Origin: Eubacteriales bacterium
GTDB taxonomy: Bacteria > Bacillota > Clostridia > Oscillospirales > CAG-272
DNA: 64,000 bases
Direction of reading: 5' to 3'
Assembly: GCA_045594785.1 (NCBI GenBank)
Contig: JAZNZE010000001.1
Span: 77,736 to 141,735, forward strand
Of the stretch, positions 38,251-46,720 are shown one piece after another; the stretch's first letter is position 1; each line of letters opens with the position of its first letter. The position numbers were made by a program, and so were the translations under genes. The notes under the pieces were generated by a model. That model ran no database searches. It was given only the letters and a program-made list of their open reading frames with translations, and was not told the DNA's origin.

Positions 38251-39399
38251 ATGGAAGAGAATAAAAATCTTGAAGCCGAGACTGCCGCAAAAGCAGCCGA
38301 AGTTGAGTCTAACAAAAAAACTCGCGAGCCCTTATTCCATATAGTAAAACGAGACGTTACCGATGCAAAAACACCGTTTATCGTAAGAGGCGTTGCAGTT
38401 CTTATTTCCTTTTTGGTCATTACTATAATTACTTTACTTCTTGTCGATACTAATCCCATTGAATTTATAGGACTTATGTTCTCCGGTTCATTCGGAACGT
38501 TCAAAAGAATTCTTAACCTCTTGCAAAAGCTTGCAATTCTTCTTTGTATTTCTCTTGCTCTCGCTCCCGCGTTCAAAATGCGATTCTGGAACACCGGTGC
38601 TGAGGGACAGGTTCTTATAGGCGGTCTTGCCTGCGCAGCTTGTATGATTTGCCTTGACAGCCTTCCCGATGCGCTGCTTATTCCGATTATGGCGATAGCT
38701 GCCATCGTTGCAGGCTCTGTATGGGCTCTTATCCCTGCCATATTCAAGGCGTATTTTGGCACTAACGAAACGCTCTTCACCCTTATGATGAACTACGTTG
38801 CAATACAGCTTATAGCCTTTCTTTCAACCATATGGGAAAACCCCAAGGGCTCAGGTCACATCGGAGTTATTCCCTCCGGACATTTTCCTAAGCTCTTCGG
38901 TCAGCACTATATAATCAACATTCTCACGGTAATACTCGTTACCTTTGCTATGTACGTATACCTTAAGTACAGCAAGCAGGGCTACGAAATAGACGTTGTC
39001 GGTCAGAGTGAAAATACTGCAAGATATATAGGAATTAACGTTAAAAAGGTTATTATTCGAACGATGGCTATATCCGGTGCCGTTTGCGGCATTGCGGGAC
39101 TTCTTCTCGTTGGAGGAACAGACCACACGATAACCACCAATACGGCAGGAGGTCAGGGCTTTACCGCAATTATGGTAACCTGGCTTGCAAAATTCAATCC
39201 CGTATATATGATAATGACCGCATTTCTTATAGTATTTCTTGAATCGGGCGCAAGTGAGGTTGTTAGTAAATTCTCAAACTCGCTCAACGGCTCGTATGCT
39301 GATATTCTTACGGGAATAGTCCTATTCTTCATTATAGGCTCAGAGTTTTTCCTGCGCTACCAGATTAAGCTTCGCAAGAAGCACGAGGGAGGTAACTAA
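38251..39399 (+). CDS. ABC transporter permease (BPD_transp_2 family)
   Basis: 382 aa, polytopic. It follows the ATPase with a 4-nt gap. Confidence 0.9.
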   Translation: MEENKNLEAETAAKAAEVESNKKTREPLFHIVKRDVTDAKTPFIVRGVAVLISFLVITIITLLLVDTNPIEFIGLMFSGSFGTFKRILNLLQKLAILLCISLALAPAFKMRFWNTGAEGQVLIGGLACAACMICLDSLPDALLIPIMAIAAIVAGSVWALIPAIFKAYFGTNETLFTLMMNYVAIQLIAFLSTIWENPKGSGHIGVIPSGHFPKLFGQHYIINILTVILVTFAMYVYLKYSKQGYEIDVVGQSENTARYIGINVKKVIIRTMAISGAVCGIAGLLLVGGTDHTITTNTAGGQGFTAIMVTWLAKFNPVYMIMTAFLIVFLESGASEVVSKFSNSLNGSYADILTGIVLFFIIGSEFFLRYQIKLRKKHEGGN

Positions 39400-39400
39400 T

Positions 39401-40390
39401 ATGGGCGCATTTATTTCATTTCTTCAACGCGCAATAATTCAAGGCACTCCCCTTCTCTACGGCTCTATGGGAGAAACCCTTACCGAAAAGTCCGGAAACC
39501 TCAACCTCGGTATTCCCGGTATAATGTATACCGGAGGTATTTCGGGAGTTATAGGAGCTTTCCTATACGAGAGAACTCTTGCCCCCACCGAAACTCCTAA
39601 CGTATTTATTTCGCTGTTTTTACCGCTTATCTGCGCTATTATAGGTTCAGCGCTTATGTCGCTTATCTACTGCTTCCTTACGATAACGCTCAGAGCAAAC
39701 CAGAACGTTACGGGACTTGCAATAACTACCTTCGGTGTTGGTCTCGGAAACTTCTTCGGCGGATATCTTGCTCACTTTTCCACTGACGGTTCAACAGGTG
39801 TTTCAATCACAAAGGTAAGTAAGGTTTTCTCAACGCCCCTTCCCTTCGCAGAAAAGCTTGGTTGGTTCGGAACTTTATTCTTTTCGTACGGATTTTTGGT
39901 TTATACGGGTATAATCCTGGCAATTGTTATGGCACTTGTGCTTAAACGCACGAGAGTAGGCTTGCACCTCAGAGCAGTCGGTGAAAACCCTGCAACCGCT
40001 GATGCTGCGGGAATAAACGTTTCTGCTTATAAATACGGAGCTACTACAATCGGCGGCGTAATCGCAGGACTTGGCGGTCTTTATTACGTTGTTGACTACA
40101 TGGGTGTTTGGTCAAACGATGGCTTTGGCGACAGAGGCTGGCTTGCGATAGCAATAGTTATTTTCACGCTCTGGAAGCCTGACCTCGGTATTCTCGGCTC
40201 ATTCTTATTCGGTGGTCTTTATATAGTTTATCTATTTATTCCTGACCTTTCACGTTCCTCACAGGAGCTATTCAAAATGCTTCCCTACATTGTTACAATC
40301 GCTGTTCTTATCTTCACAAGCGTACGTAATAAGCGTGACAGTCAGCCCCCCGAATCTCTCGGATTAAATTACTTCCGCGAGGAAAGATAG
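39401..40390 (+). CDS. ABC transporter permease (second subunit)
   Basis: 329 aa, polytopic. It starts 1 nt after the previous stop. Confidence 0.9.
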   Translation: MGAFISFLQRAIIQGTPLLYGSMGETLTEKSGNLNLGIPGIMYTGGISGVIGAFLYERTLAPTETPNVFISLFLPLICAIIGSALMSLIYCFLTITLRANQNVTGLAITTFGVGLGNFFGGYLAHFSTDGSTGVSITKVSKVFSTPLPFAEKLGWFGTLFFSYGFLVYTGIILAIVMALVLKRTRVGLHLRAVGENPATADAAGINVSAYKYGATTIGGVIAGLGGLYYVVDYMGVWSNDGFGDRGWLAIAIVIFTLWKPDLGILGSFLFGGLYIVYLFIPDLSRSSQELFKMLPYIVTIAVLIFTSVRNKRDSQPPESLGLNYFREER

Positions 40391-40397
40391 TTAAAAA

Positions 40398-40466
40398 ACA
40401 CTGTCTCCATTTATTGTATAACCGAATAAAAAAAGATGGGTATTGTGAAAAAACACAGTACCCATC
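40398..40466 (+). repeat. Copy C (diverged) of the repeated terminator element
   Basis: It shares ATAACCGAATAAAAAA and the GGGTATTGTGAAAAAACACAGTACCC hairpin core with copies A and B. The outer stem pair changes from G:C to T:A. It lies between the convergent permease and GH20 stops. Confidence 0.75.
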
Positions 40467-40480
40467 TATTATTTTGAAGC

Positions 40481-42328
40481 TTAAACTACAGAAGTCGTTG
40501 CAATAATATCGTATCTGTTTGCAAGGTCTGCCAATGCTACCTCGTTCTTATTTCCCGTAGGATTAAGAACGTCAGAGTCAAGTTCGGAAATATTTTGAAT
40601 TTTGCCCTTCACGTAGTCAAGGATTGTAAGTCTTGCATCGTATATTCTTCTGATAAGTCCGCCAAGTCTCATCGTTTGAACCTCAAAGCCAAAGCTCTTG
40701 TTGTCGATATGCCACTGCTTTTCAAACGCCTTGTAAAACTCATCGAGACGGGCTAAAACCTCTACGTAATCCTTGTTTGCAAGCTTTTTGAGAGCCTTTT
40801 TGTTGCCTGCCTGATAGAATTTTCTCGTCTTCAGTCCAAGAGCTACCTTATATTCAAGAACTCTTGAAAGTCGGTAGAGAGTATCAAAGATATACTCAAA
40901 TCTGCCGGCATTCTGCTTCGCAGCCTTTAAATTTTTAGAAATCGCCTTGTATTTTTCGGTGTCTTCTTCGTTCATAAAGGTGTCAAAAAGACCGAGGAAT
41001 ACGTCATTATAAAGCGCAACCTTGCTAAATCCGTCCGCATGAGGCTCGGTTTTTCTTATGTCGTTTACGCTGTCGAGAGCAAGAAATTTATCCTTGCTTA
41101 CGCCTGTAAGAGCAAGGAAGCTTGCCTCGTGGTCCTCTTCCCCGTATGCATAATCGGAAGCAAAGGAAAGTGAGGACAGGGTTGAAAAAGGCGAGCACTC
41201 GGCTCCGTTATCTCCCCACATCGTGAGAAATACGTTTTTGATTTCCTTTGCCTTGCAAGCGTTAAATGCGTGGTTAGTTGCCAAATCGGAAAATTTATTT
41301 GCAGGTGCAAAGCCTCTCCAGGTCCAAGCGCCGCCGGCAAACACGATTTCGTTTTTGAACGCCTTACATCTTTCCATCATATGCTCGTAGGCTTCCTGAT
41401 TATCCTGATAATAATCCCAGTAGACGAGACGAAGTCCCTCAGGAACAAGGCTTATAACTCTATCGCTTATCGGAGGCGCATCAGCGGATACGTAATAAGA
41501 GCCGTTATTAGCGAGGCGGAAGAACATATCCGCCCACATCATAGGCTCAAAGCCGTATTTCTTTGCAATATCAACGACCCGCTTTATATGCTCACACATA
41601 ACGGCAGAGCTGTCTCTGTAGCCGTTAATATCAAGATATCTGCCTCGTCCAACGTTGTGCGCCTCGTCAAGACCTATGTGAAGCTTGCGCGAGGTAAAGG
41701 TTTTGGAAAGAGAATCGAACATTCTGTCTATAAACTCATAGGTTCTTTCGTCTCCTATAAGAAGCACGCTGTCAATATCGTTAATGGCTTTAAATCGCTT
41801 CCATCTGAATATCTGATTAAGATGCGCGAGAGTCTGAACGTTTGGTACAAGCTCTATATCGTAGCCTCTTGCGTACTCATCAATTTCCTTAATCTCTTCG
41901 CGGGTATATCTGCCTCTCTGATATCCGAAATACGGCTCTCCCTCTATTTCGTAGGTATCCTCGGTGTAAAGCTGAAGCTGATTATATCCCATAAGCGCAA
42001 GATTATCAAGAAACGTCTTGACGGTTTTTACGGTTCTTACCGCATTTCTTGAGCAGTCAAGCATAACACCGAATTCGCCAAAGGCGCAATCGATATCAAA
42101 GCTCTTTTTATCGGAAGAAGAAAGATAACGCTTTACTCCGTAAAAGAATTCGTATTTCTTGGTGTAGAAAACGGTTACGGCTTCTTCGGTTACTTCAACG
42201 CGTGCTCTGTCGGACTCCTTTCCGAGAAGCTTAAGCGCTCTCTTACTATCGGATATTCCAAGCTGTTGCGCGGATACGAGAAGTCGCATTTTCAAATCTC
42301 TGTCAAGCAAGGATAAATTAAATTTCAT
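40481..42328 (-). CDS. Glycoside hydrolase family 20 (beta-N-acetylhexosaminidase-like)
   Basis: GVMLDCSRN and HIGLDEAH (the catalytic D-E pair) match the GH20 TIM-barrel pattern. I place the start at ATG 42328 (GGAGG RBS) rather than the track's 42397, which overlaps uppP. Confidence 0.8.
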   Translation of the reverse strand: MKFNLSLLDRDLKMRLLVSAQQLGISDSKRALKLLGKESDRARVEVTEEAVTVFYTKKYEFFYGVKRYLSSSDKKSFDIDCAFGEFGVMLDCSRNAVRTVKTVKTFLDNLALMGYNQLQLYTEDTYEIEGEPYFGYQRGRYTREEIKEIDEYARGYDIELVPNVQTLAHLNQIFRWKRFKAINDIDSVLLIGDERTYEFIDRMFDSLSKTFTSRKLHIGLDEAHNVGRGRYLDINGYRDSSAVMCEHIKRVVDIAKKYGFEPMMWADMFFRLANNGSYYVSADAPPISDRVISLVPEGLRLVYWDYYQDNQEAYEHMMERCKAFKNEIVFAGGAWTWRGFAPANKFSDLATNHAFNACKAKEIKNVFLTMWGDNGAECSPFSTLSSLSFASDYAYGEEDHEASFLALTGVSKDKFLALDSVNDIRKTEPHADGFSKVALYNDVFLGLFDTFMNEEDTEKYKAISKNLKAAKQNAGRFEYIFDTLYRLSRVLEYKVALGLKTRKFYQAGNKKALKKLANKDYVEVLARLDEFYKAFEKQWHIDNKSFGFEVQTMRLGGLIRRIYDARLTILDYVKGKIQNISELDSDVLNPTGNKNEVALADLANRYDIIATTSVV

Positions 42329-42353
42329 ATTTTCAACCTCCGTTTTTTTAGTA

Positions 42354-43211
42354 TCAAAACGTTTTACACATAAAGAAAATAAGAACGGCAGCTCCAAGAG
42401 CTATTCTGTAAATTCCGAAAGGAATAAAGGTATGGCGCTTTACAAAATCCATCAAAAATTTGATTGCCGCAAGAGAGACTAAAAAGGACACCAGAATTCC
42501 AACGAAGAGCAAAACAAGCTCCTCTGAGGTAACCGTAAAGCCCTCTGCTATAAACTTAACTATTTTGAGAAGAGATGCGCCTATCATTACCGGAATTGCC
42601 ATAAAAAACGAGAATTCCGCACTCACGCTTCTTGAAACGCCTGTAAGCATTCCGCCTATTATCGTAGAGCCTGAGCGAGAGGTTCCGGGTATAAGAGAAA
42701 GCACCTGAAACGCTCCGATTACAAGCGCGTCACGATAGGTTAAATCTTCAATTCTTTCAATGCGATAACAGTCGAAACTCTTGCTTTCTGCCTTGTTTTT
42801 TCTAAGCTTTTCAATAAGAATAAACACAATTCCGTAAATTACGAGAGCTAATGCGACAACGATATAATTATATAGATGCTCATCTAAAAAATCATCGAGC
42901 AAAACTCCGAGAACGGCAGCGGGAAGAACCCCTACGACAACCTTTGCCCAGAGGCTCCAGGTTGCCTTTTTTTCCGCTTCGGATTTCTTTTTTGAAAAAG
43001 GATTAAGCTTTGAAAAGAAGAAGACCGGAACTGCGCATATTGCGCCTAATTGAATTACGACCAAAAACAGCTCCATAAACTCGGGTGAGACCTTGAGGCT
43101 TATAAATTCGTCAACGAGAATCATATGCCCGGTCGAGCTTACTGGCAGCCATTCGGTTATTCCCTCTACTATTCCGAGAAAAACCGCCTTAAGTATTTCG
43201 AGAAATTTCAT
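42354..43211 (-). CDS. uppP: Undecaprenyl-diphosphate phosphatase
   Basis: 285 aa with VEGITEWLPVSSTGH and PGTSRSGSTI motifs of UppP/BacA. Confidence 0.93.
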   Translation of the reverse strand: MKFLEILKAVFLGIVEGITEWLPVSSTGHMILVDEFISLKVSPEFMELFLVVIQLGAICAVPVFFFSKLNPFSKKKSEAEKKATWSLWAKVVVGVLPAAVLGVLLDDFLDEHLYNYIVVALALVIYGIVFILIEKLRKNKAESKSFDCYRIERIEDLTYRDALVIGAFQVLSLIPGTSRSGSTIIGGMLTGVSRSVSAEFSFFMAIPVMIGASLLKIVKFIAEGFTVTSEELVLLFVGILVSFLVSLAAIKFLMDFVKRHTFIPFGIYRIALGAAVLIFFMCKTF

Positions 43212-43218
43212 TTAACAC

Positions 43219-44448
43219 CTACCTCGCTCGAATTATATCACCCGCTTTTACGGGGATTTCGGTTTTCATGGTAAAAATCATATACGGGTGAGATGTCGCC
43301 TCAATAATTTCTCCCTTTTCGTCTTTCATTTCTCCTACTGTGAGCGGTACTCCGCATTTTCCGGGAGAAAGGAGCTCTATTTCGTCACCAAGCTTCATTT
43401 TGTTGCGCTGAGAAAGGGTTGCGACACCGTTCGCGGCATTATAAGAGGTCACCACCGCAAGATAGGCTTTATCCTTTATATATCCTGTGGTAGCCGCCGT
43501 ATTACTATCCATATGCGAATCGGAATAATAATATCCCGTAGCATAATCGCGATGGCTTACCGATTCAAGCTCTCGATACCACTCGGGATTATACTCATAA
43601 TTACCTGAAAAATAAGAATCCAACGCCATTTTATAGGTGTTTGTAACAACGGCTGTATAATATGCGGATTTCATTCTGCCTTCAATCTTAAAGGAGTCAA
43701 TTCCCGCCTCGATAAGCTCGGGAATATGCTCTATAGTACAGGTATCACGGCTGGACATTATAAAGGTTTCACCGTTTATTTCTTCCAGAGGAATCGGGTT
43801 ATCCTCCCTCTTTTCCTCTACTATTTCCATAGACCTTACTTTAAAATTCCATCTGCAAGGCTGAGCGCACGCGCCTCTGTTTGCGTCTCTGTTTACCATA
43901 TGTCCCGAAAGAAGACATCTTCCGCTGTAGGAAATACACATAGAGCCGTGCACAAAGCACTCTATTTCAAGGTCCTCGGGAATACCTGCTTTTATCGCCT
44001 TAATCTCTTCAAGCGTCAGCTCTCTTGCAAGAACCACTCTTTTTGCTCCGAGAGAATACCACGCTCTGCAAGCGGCAGCGCTTGTAGCGTTTGCCTGAGT
44101 TGAGATATGAATCTCGGTATCGGGCAGCATTTCCTTTGCAAGCATAAGGACGCCGATATCGGCAATTATAAGAGCATCTATCCCGAAGTCTTTGATATCC
44201 GAAAAATAGCTTTTCAGCGCGTCATATTCGTATTCTCTGGGCATAGTATTCACCGTAAGATATACCTTTACGTTACGCTCATGAGCGTATTTTACAGCCT
44301 CGGAAAGCTCGCTTACGGTAAAGTTATCAGCCGCAGCTCTCATACCGAACATATTACCCGCAAGGTAAACCGCATCTGCTCCGTATAGGATAGCCGCTTT
44401 CATTTTTTCAAAATTTCCCGCCGGGGAAAGAATCTCAGGTCTTTTCAT
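43219..44448 (-). CDS. Peptidase U32 family protein
   Basis: 409 aa starting MKRPEILSPAGN, with a conserved Cys cluster typical of U32 (RlhA/TrhP/YegQ-like) proteins. Confidence 0.88.
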   Translation of the reverse strand: MKRPEILSPAGNFEKMKAAILYGADAVYLAGNMFGMRAAADNFTVSELSEAVKYAHERNVKVYLTVNTMPREYEYDALKSYFSDIKDFGIDALIIADIGVLMLAKEMLPDTEIHISTQANATSAAACRAWYSLGAKRVVLARELTLEEIKAIKAGIPEDLEIECFVHGSMCISYSGRCLLSGHMVNRDANRGACAQPCRWNFKVRSMEIVEEKREDNPIPLEEINGETFIMSSRDTCTIEHIPELIEAGIDSFKIEGRMKSAYYTAVVTNTYKMALDSYFSGNYEYNPEWYRELESVSHRDYATGYYYSDSHMDSNTAATTGYIKDKAYLAVVTSYNAANGVATLSQRNKMKLGDEIELLSPGKCGVPLTVGEMKDEKGEIIEATSHPYMIFTMKTEIPVKAGDIIRAR

Positions 44449-44504
44449 TTTAAAAAACCTCTGTAAATTAGTTCATTTCATTATATCATAGACTGCTGCG
44501 ATAT

Positions 44505-45593
44505 TCAAGTAGGAATTAAAATCAAATTAAGCTCCCACGCAGGAATCGAGCGAAGTCTGCGAAGATAAAGCTTATATCCCCGAACTTCCCTTGCAAGCAT
44601 CAAGGGCAAAAAATACATATCGCGGCTTCTGTGATAAAGAGACACAAGTAAAACAGGCTTTGCTTTTTTTATGGTTTCAAGTGAACCGAGCAGCGCCTCG
44701 TATTCCGCGCCCTCCACGTCATATTTTATGTAATCCGGAGAAAGCGAAAGCGAATCTACCGTTATAAAAGGAAGCGCCTCCGCTTTATTTTCGTAAGATG
44801 CCGTTGCGGATACCGTTGAATTTCGGTTTCCGCTTGCAAAAAATTCACCTTCGCCCTCCCTGCTGTATAAAGCGGCATTTATAGGATTAATTTTTACGGG
44901 AGCAGCTTCTGCATATTTCAGCAGTCTTTTGAAGGTCTTTCTATCGGGCTCTATGGCATATATTTGCGAAAGAGACGAAAAATACTTGCAGGCTTCCCTT
45001 GCCGTATCTCCGTTATACGCGCCTCCGTCTATCATAAGCTTAATTTCTTTTTCGGAAATAAGCGAATACATATCCTCCTTTTCGCTATATGCGTCAAGAA
45101 GGTAGGAGAGCTTTCCCGTGAGCTTATAATTCACAACCGCCGCATATATGCTCTTTGATTCCTCATCGGAAAGCATATCGTACACAAGGGAAATTTCTTG
45201 ATAATGATTATTATAAAACTCTCTGTCAAAATACTCGTTAACATCGGCTACCGGCATATCGGGCACGTACATTTCGCACGTACGGTCAATCTCGGCGAGC
45301 ATTTTTATAACCTCGTCTCTGTTTGTGGCAAAGGAAAGGACTATTACAAAATCGGAATACTGCTCTTTTATTTCCGAAAAGGATTTTACCTTATAACCGC
45401 GAAAGCTGTGACCTCTTACAAATCCGTCAGACGCAAAAACGTCACTTACCGAAATACCGTACTTTTCAAATCTCAAAAAGAGCTTATCGGCACCGTTGCC
45501 CATACCGTAAACAACAATAGGTCTCGTTTCTTTCGCAAGAATATCCCACATATCAAAACTTACAGGATACTCGGGGAGAAGATATTTTTTCAC
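44505..45593 (-). CDS. FkbM-family methyltransferase with an N-terminal Rossmann-like extension
   Basis: 362 aa. The C-terminal half shows MIDGGAYNGDT (SAM motif I) and the downstream FkbM pattern. Confidence 0.75.
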   Translation of the reverse strand: MKKYLLPEYPVSFDMWDILAKETRPIVVYGMGNGADKLFLRFEKYGISVSDVFASDGFVRGHSFRGYKVKSFSEIKEQYSDFVIVLSFATNRDEVIKMLAEIDRTCEMYVPDMPVADVNEYFDREFYNNHYQEISLVYDMLSDEESKSIYAAVVNYKLTGKLSYLLDAYSEKEDMYSLISEKEIKLMIDGGAYNGDTAREACKYFSSLSQIYAIEPDRKTFKRLLKYAEAAPVKINPINAALYSREGEGEFFASGNRNSTVSATASYENKAEALPFITVDSLSLSPDYIKYDVEGAEYEALLGSLETIKKAKPVLLVSLYHRSRDMYFLPLMLAREVRGYKLYLRRLRSIPAWELNLILIPT

Positions 45594-45673
45594 GGCTTTT
45601 CACTCCTTTATCGTTGACTTTAAATAAAAACTGTTATATAATATAGAAAAACGTAACGGTGAGGTATAATACA

Positions 45674-46012
45674 ATGGATTGCTTATTCTGTTCTATAATT
45701 AAGGGAGATATTCCCTCAAAGAAGGTGTATGAGGATGAATTGTGCTACGCGTTCTACGACATTAATCCGCAGGCACCCGTGCACTTTCTCGTTGTACCAA
45801 AGCAGCACGTTTCTTCGGCAGATGCCGTGACCGAAGAAAATTCCAATTACGTCTCTCACATCTTTGAAGTTATTCCGAAAATCGCAAAGGATATCGGTCT
45901 TCTCGGCGGCTACAGAGTAATTACGAACGTAGGCGAGGACGGCTGCCAATCGGTAAAGCATTTGCATTTCCACGTTGTCGGCGGAAAAAAGCTTTCCGAA
46001 AATATGGCTTAA
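45674..46012 (+). CDS. HIT family (histidine triad) nucleotide hydrolase
   Basis: MDCLFCSIIKGDIP N-terminus and the HLHFHVVGG histidine triad. I place the start at ATG 45674. Confidence 0.9.
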   Translation: MDCLFCSIIKGDIPSKKVYEDELCYAFYDINPQAPVHFLVVPKQHVSSADAVTEENSNYVSHIFEVIPKIAKDIGLLGGYRVITNVGEDGCQSVKHLHFHVVGGKKLSENMA

Positions 46013-46019
46013 ATTAATA

Positions 46020-46051
46020 AAAAACAACCGCTGAAATCGCGGTTGTTTTTT
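46020..46051. terminator. Bidirectional intrinsic terminator between the convergent HIT and rplS genes
   Basis: AAAAACAACCGC pairs with GCGGTTGTTTTT around a 7-nt loop. A and T runs flank both sides. Confidence 0.65.
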
Positions 46052-46070
46052 ATTAGCCGGGAAAGAAGAA

Positions 46071-46412
46071 TTAAACCTTCTCCTTAACCTTAGCCGCCTT
46101 ACCAACTCTGTCACGAAGATAGTAGAGCTTAGCGCGGCGAACCTTTGCTTCGCGGAATACTACAATCTTGTCTACGTTGGGGGAATGGATGGGGAAAGTC
46201 TTTTCAACACCAACACCGTAGGAAACTCTTCTTACGGTAAAGGTCTCGGAGATTCCGCCGCCGTGTCTTGCGATAACGGTTCCCTCGAAGAGCTGGATTC
46301 TTTCCTTCTCACCTTCGGTGATTCTGATGTAAACCTTTACACCGTCACCAATGCCAAACTGAGGTACGTCAGTTTTGAGCTGCTCATTAACAAAAGCCTG
46401 AATTTTTTCCAT
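46071..46412 (-). CDS. rplS: 50S ribosomal protein L19
   Basis: 113 aa with canonical L19 sequence ([24 protein letters not shown]). Confidence 0.97.
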   Translation of the reverse strand: MEKIQAFVNEQLKTDVPQFGIGDGVKVYIRITEGEKERIQLFEGTVIARHGGGISETFTVRRVSYGVGVEKTFPIHSPNVDKIVVFREAKVRRAKLYYLRDRVGKAAKVKEKV

Positions 46413-46554
46413 TTTTGGCTCCTCCTTAATCTGCGAACATTCGTGCTGAGCTATTGCAGAGGACTGTTCTGAAATACACTATAGTATGCAAATAGGCATA
46501 CGCACAGTTATAATGATTATAACACATAAATTCTAAAAATGCAATACTTTTTGT

Positions 46555-46586
46555 AAAATTTTCTACTGCGAAATTTTTCTACTGCG
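46555..46586. repeat. Tandem 16-bp direct repeat in the rplS / HTH-kinase divergent region
   Basis: AAAATTTTCTACTGCG (46555-70) is followed immediately by AAATTTTTCTACTGCG (46571-86), 15/16 identical. Confidence 0.6.
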
Positions 46587-46663
46587 GATAAAAAATTGAA
46601 GTTTTTGTGGTTTTTCAATCTTTTTCTGCTTCTTTGAGTAGTGAGTTGGGTAATATGCGTATG

Positions 46664-46692
46664 TTGACATCCGTGCCTTTTTGTGTTAAAAT
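46664..46692 (+). promoter_or_regulatory. Sigma-A-type promoter for the HTH-GHMP kinase gene
   Basis: TTGACA (46664-46669), 17-nt spacer, TGT-TAAAAT (-10 at 46687-46692). Confidence 0.5.
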
Positions 46693-46720
46693 AGCGTAAA
46701 TACAGTTTTTGAGGTGTTTT

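Noticed and set aside
46413-46500. Possible L19 (rplS) leader RNA upstream of rplS.
   Set aside because: A short leader of about 85 nt with one clear hairpin (GTATGC/GCATAC) exists. I cannot match it to the known L19 leader consensus from memory, so the evidence is too weak to report as a feature. An Infernal scan would settle it.
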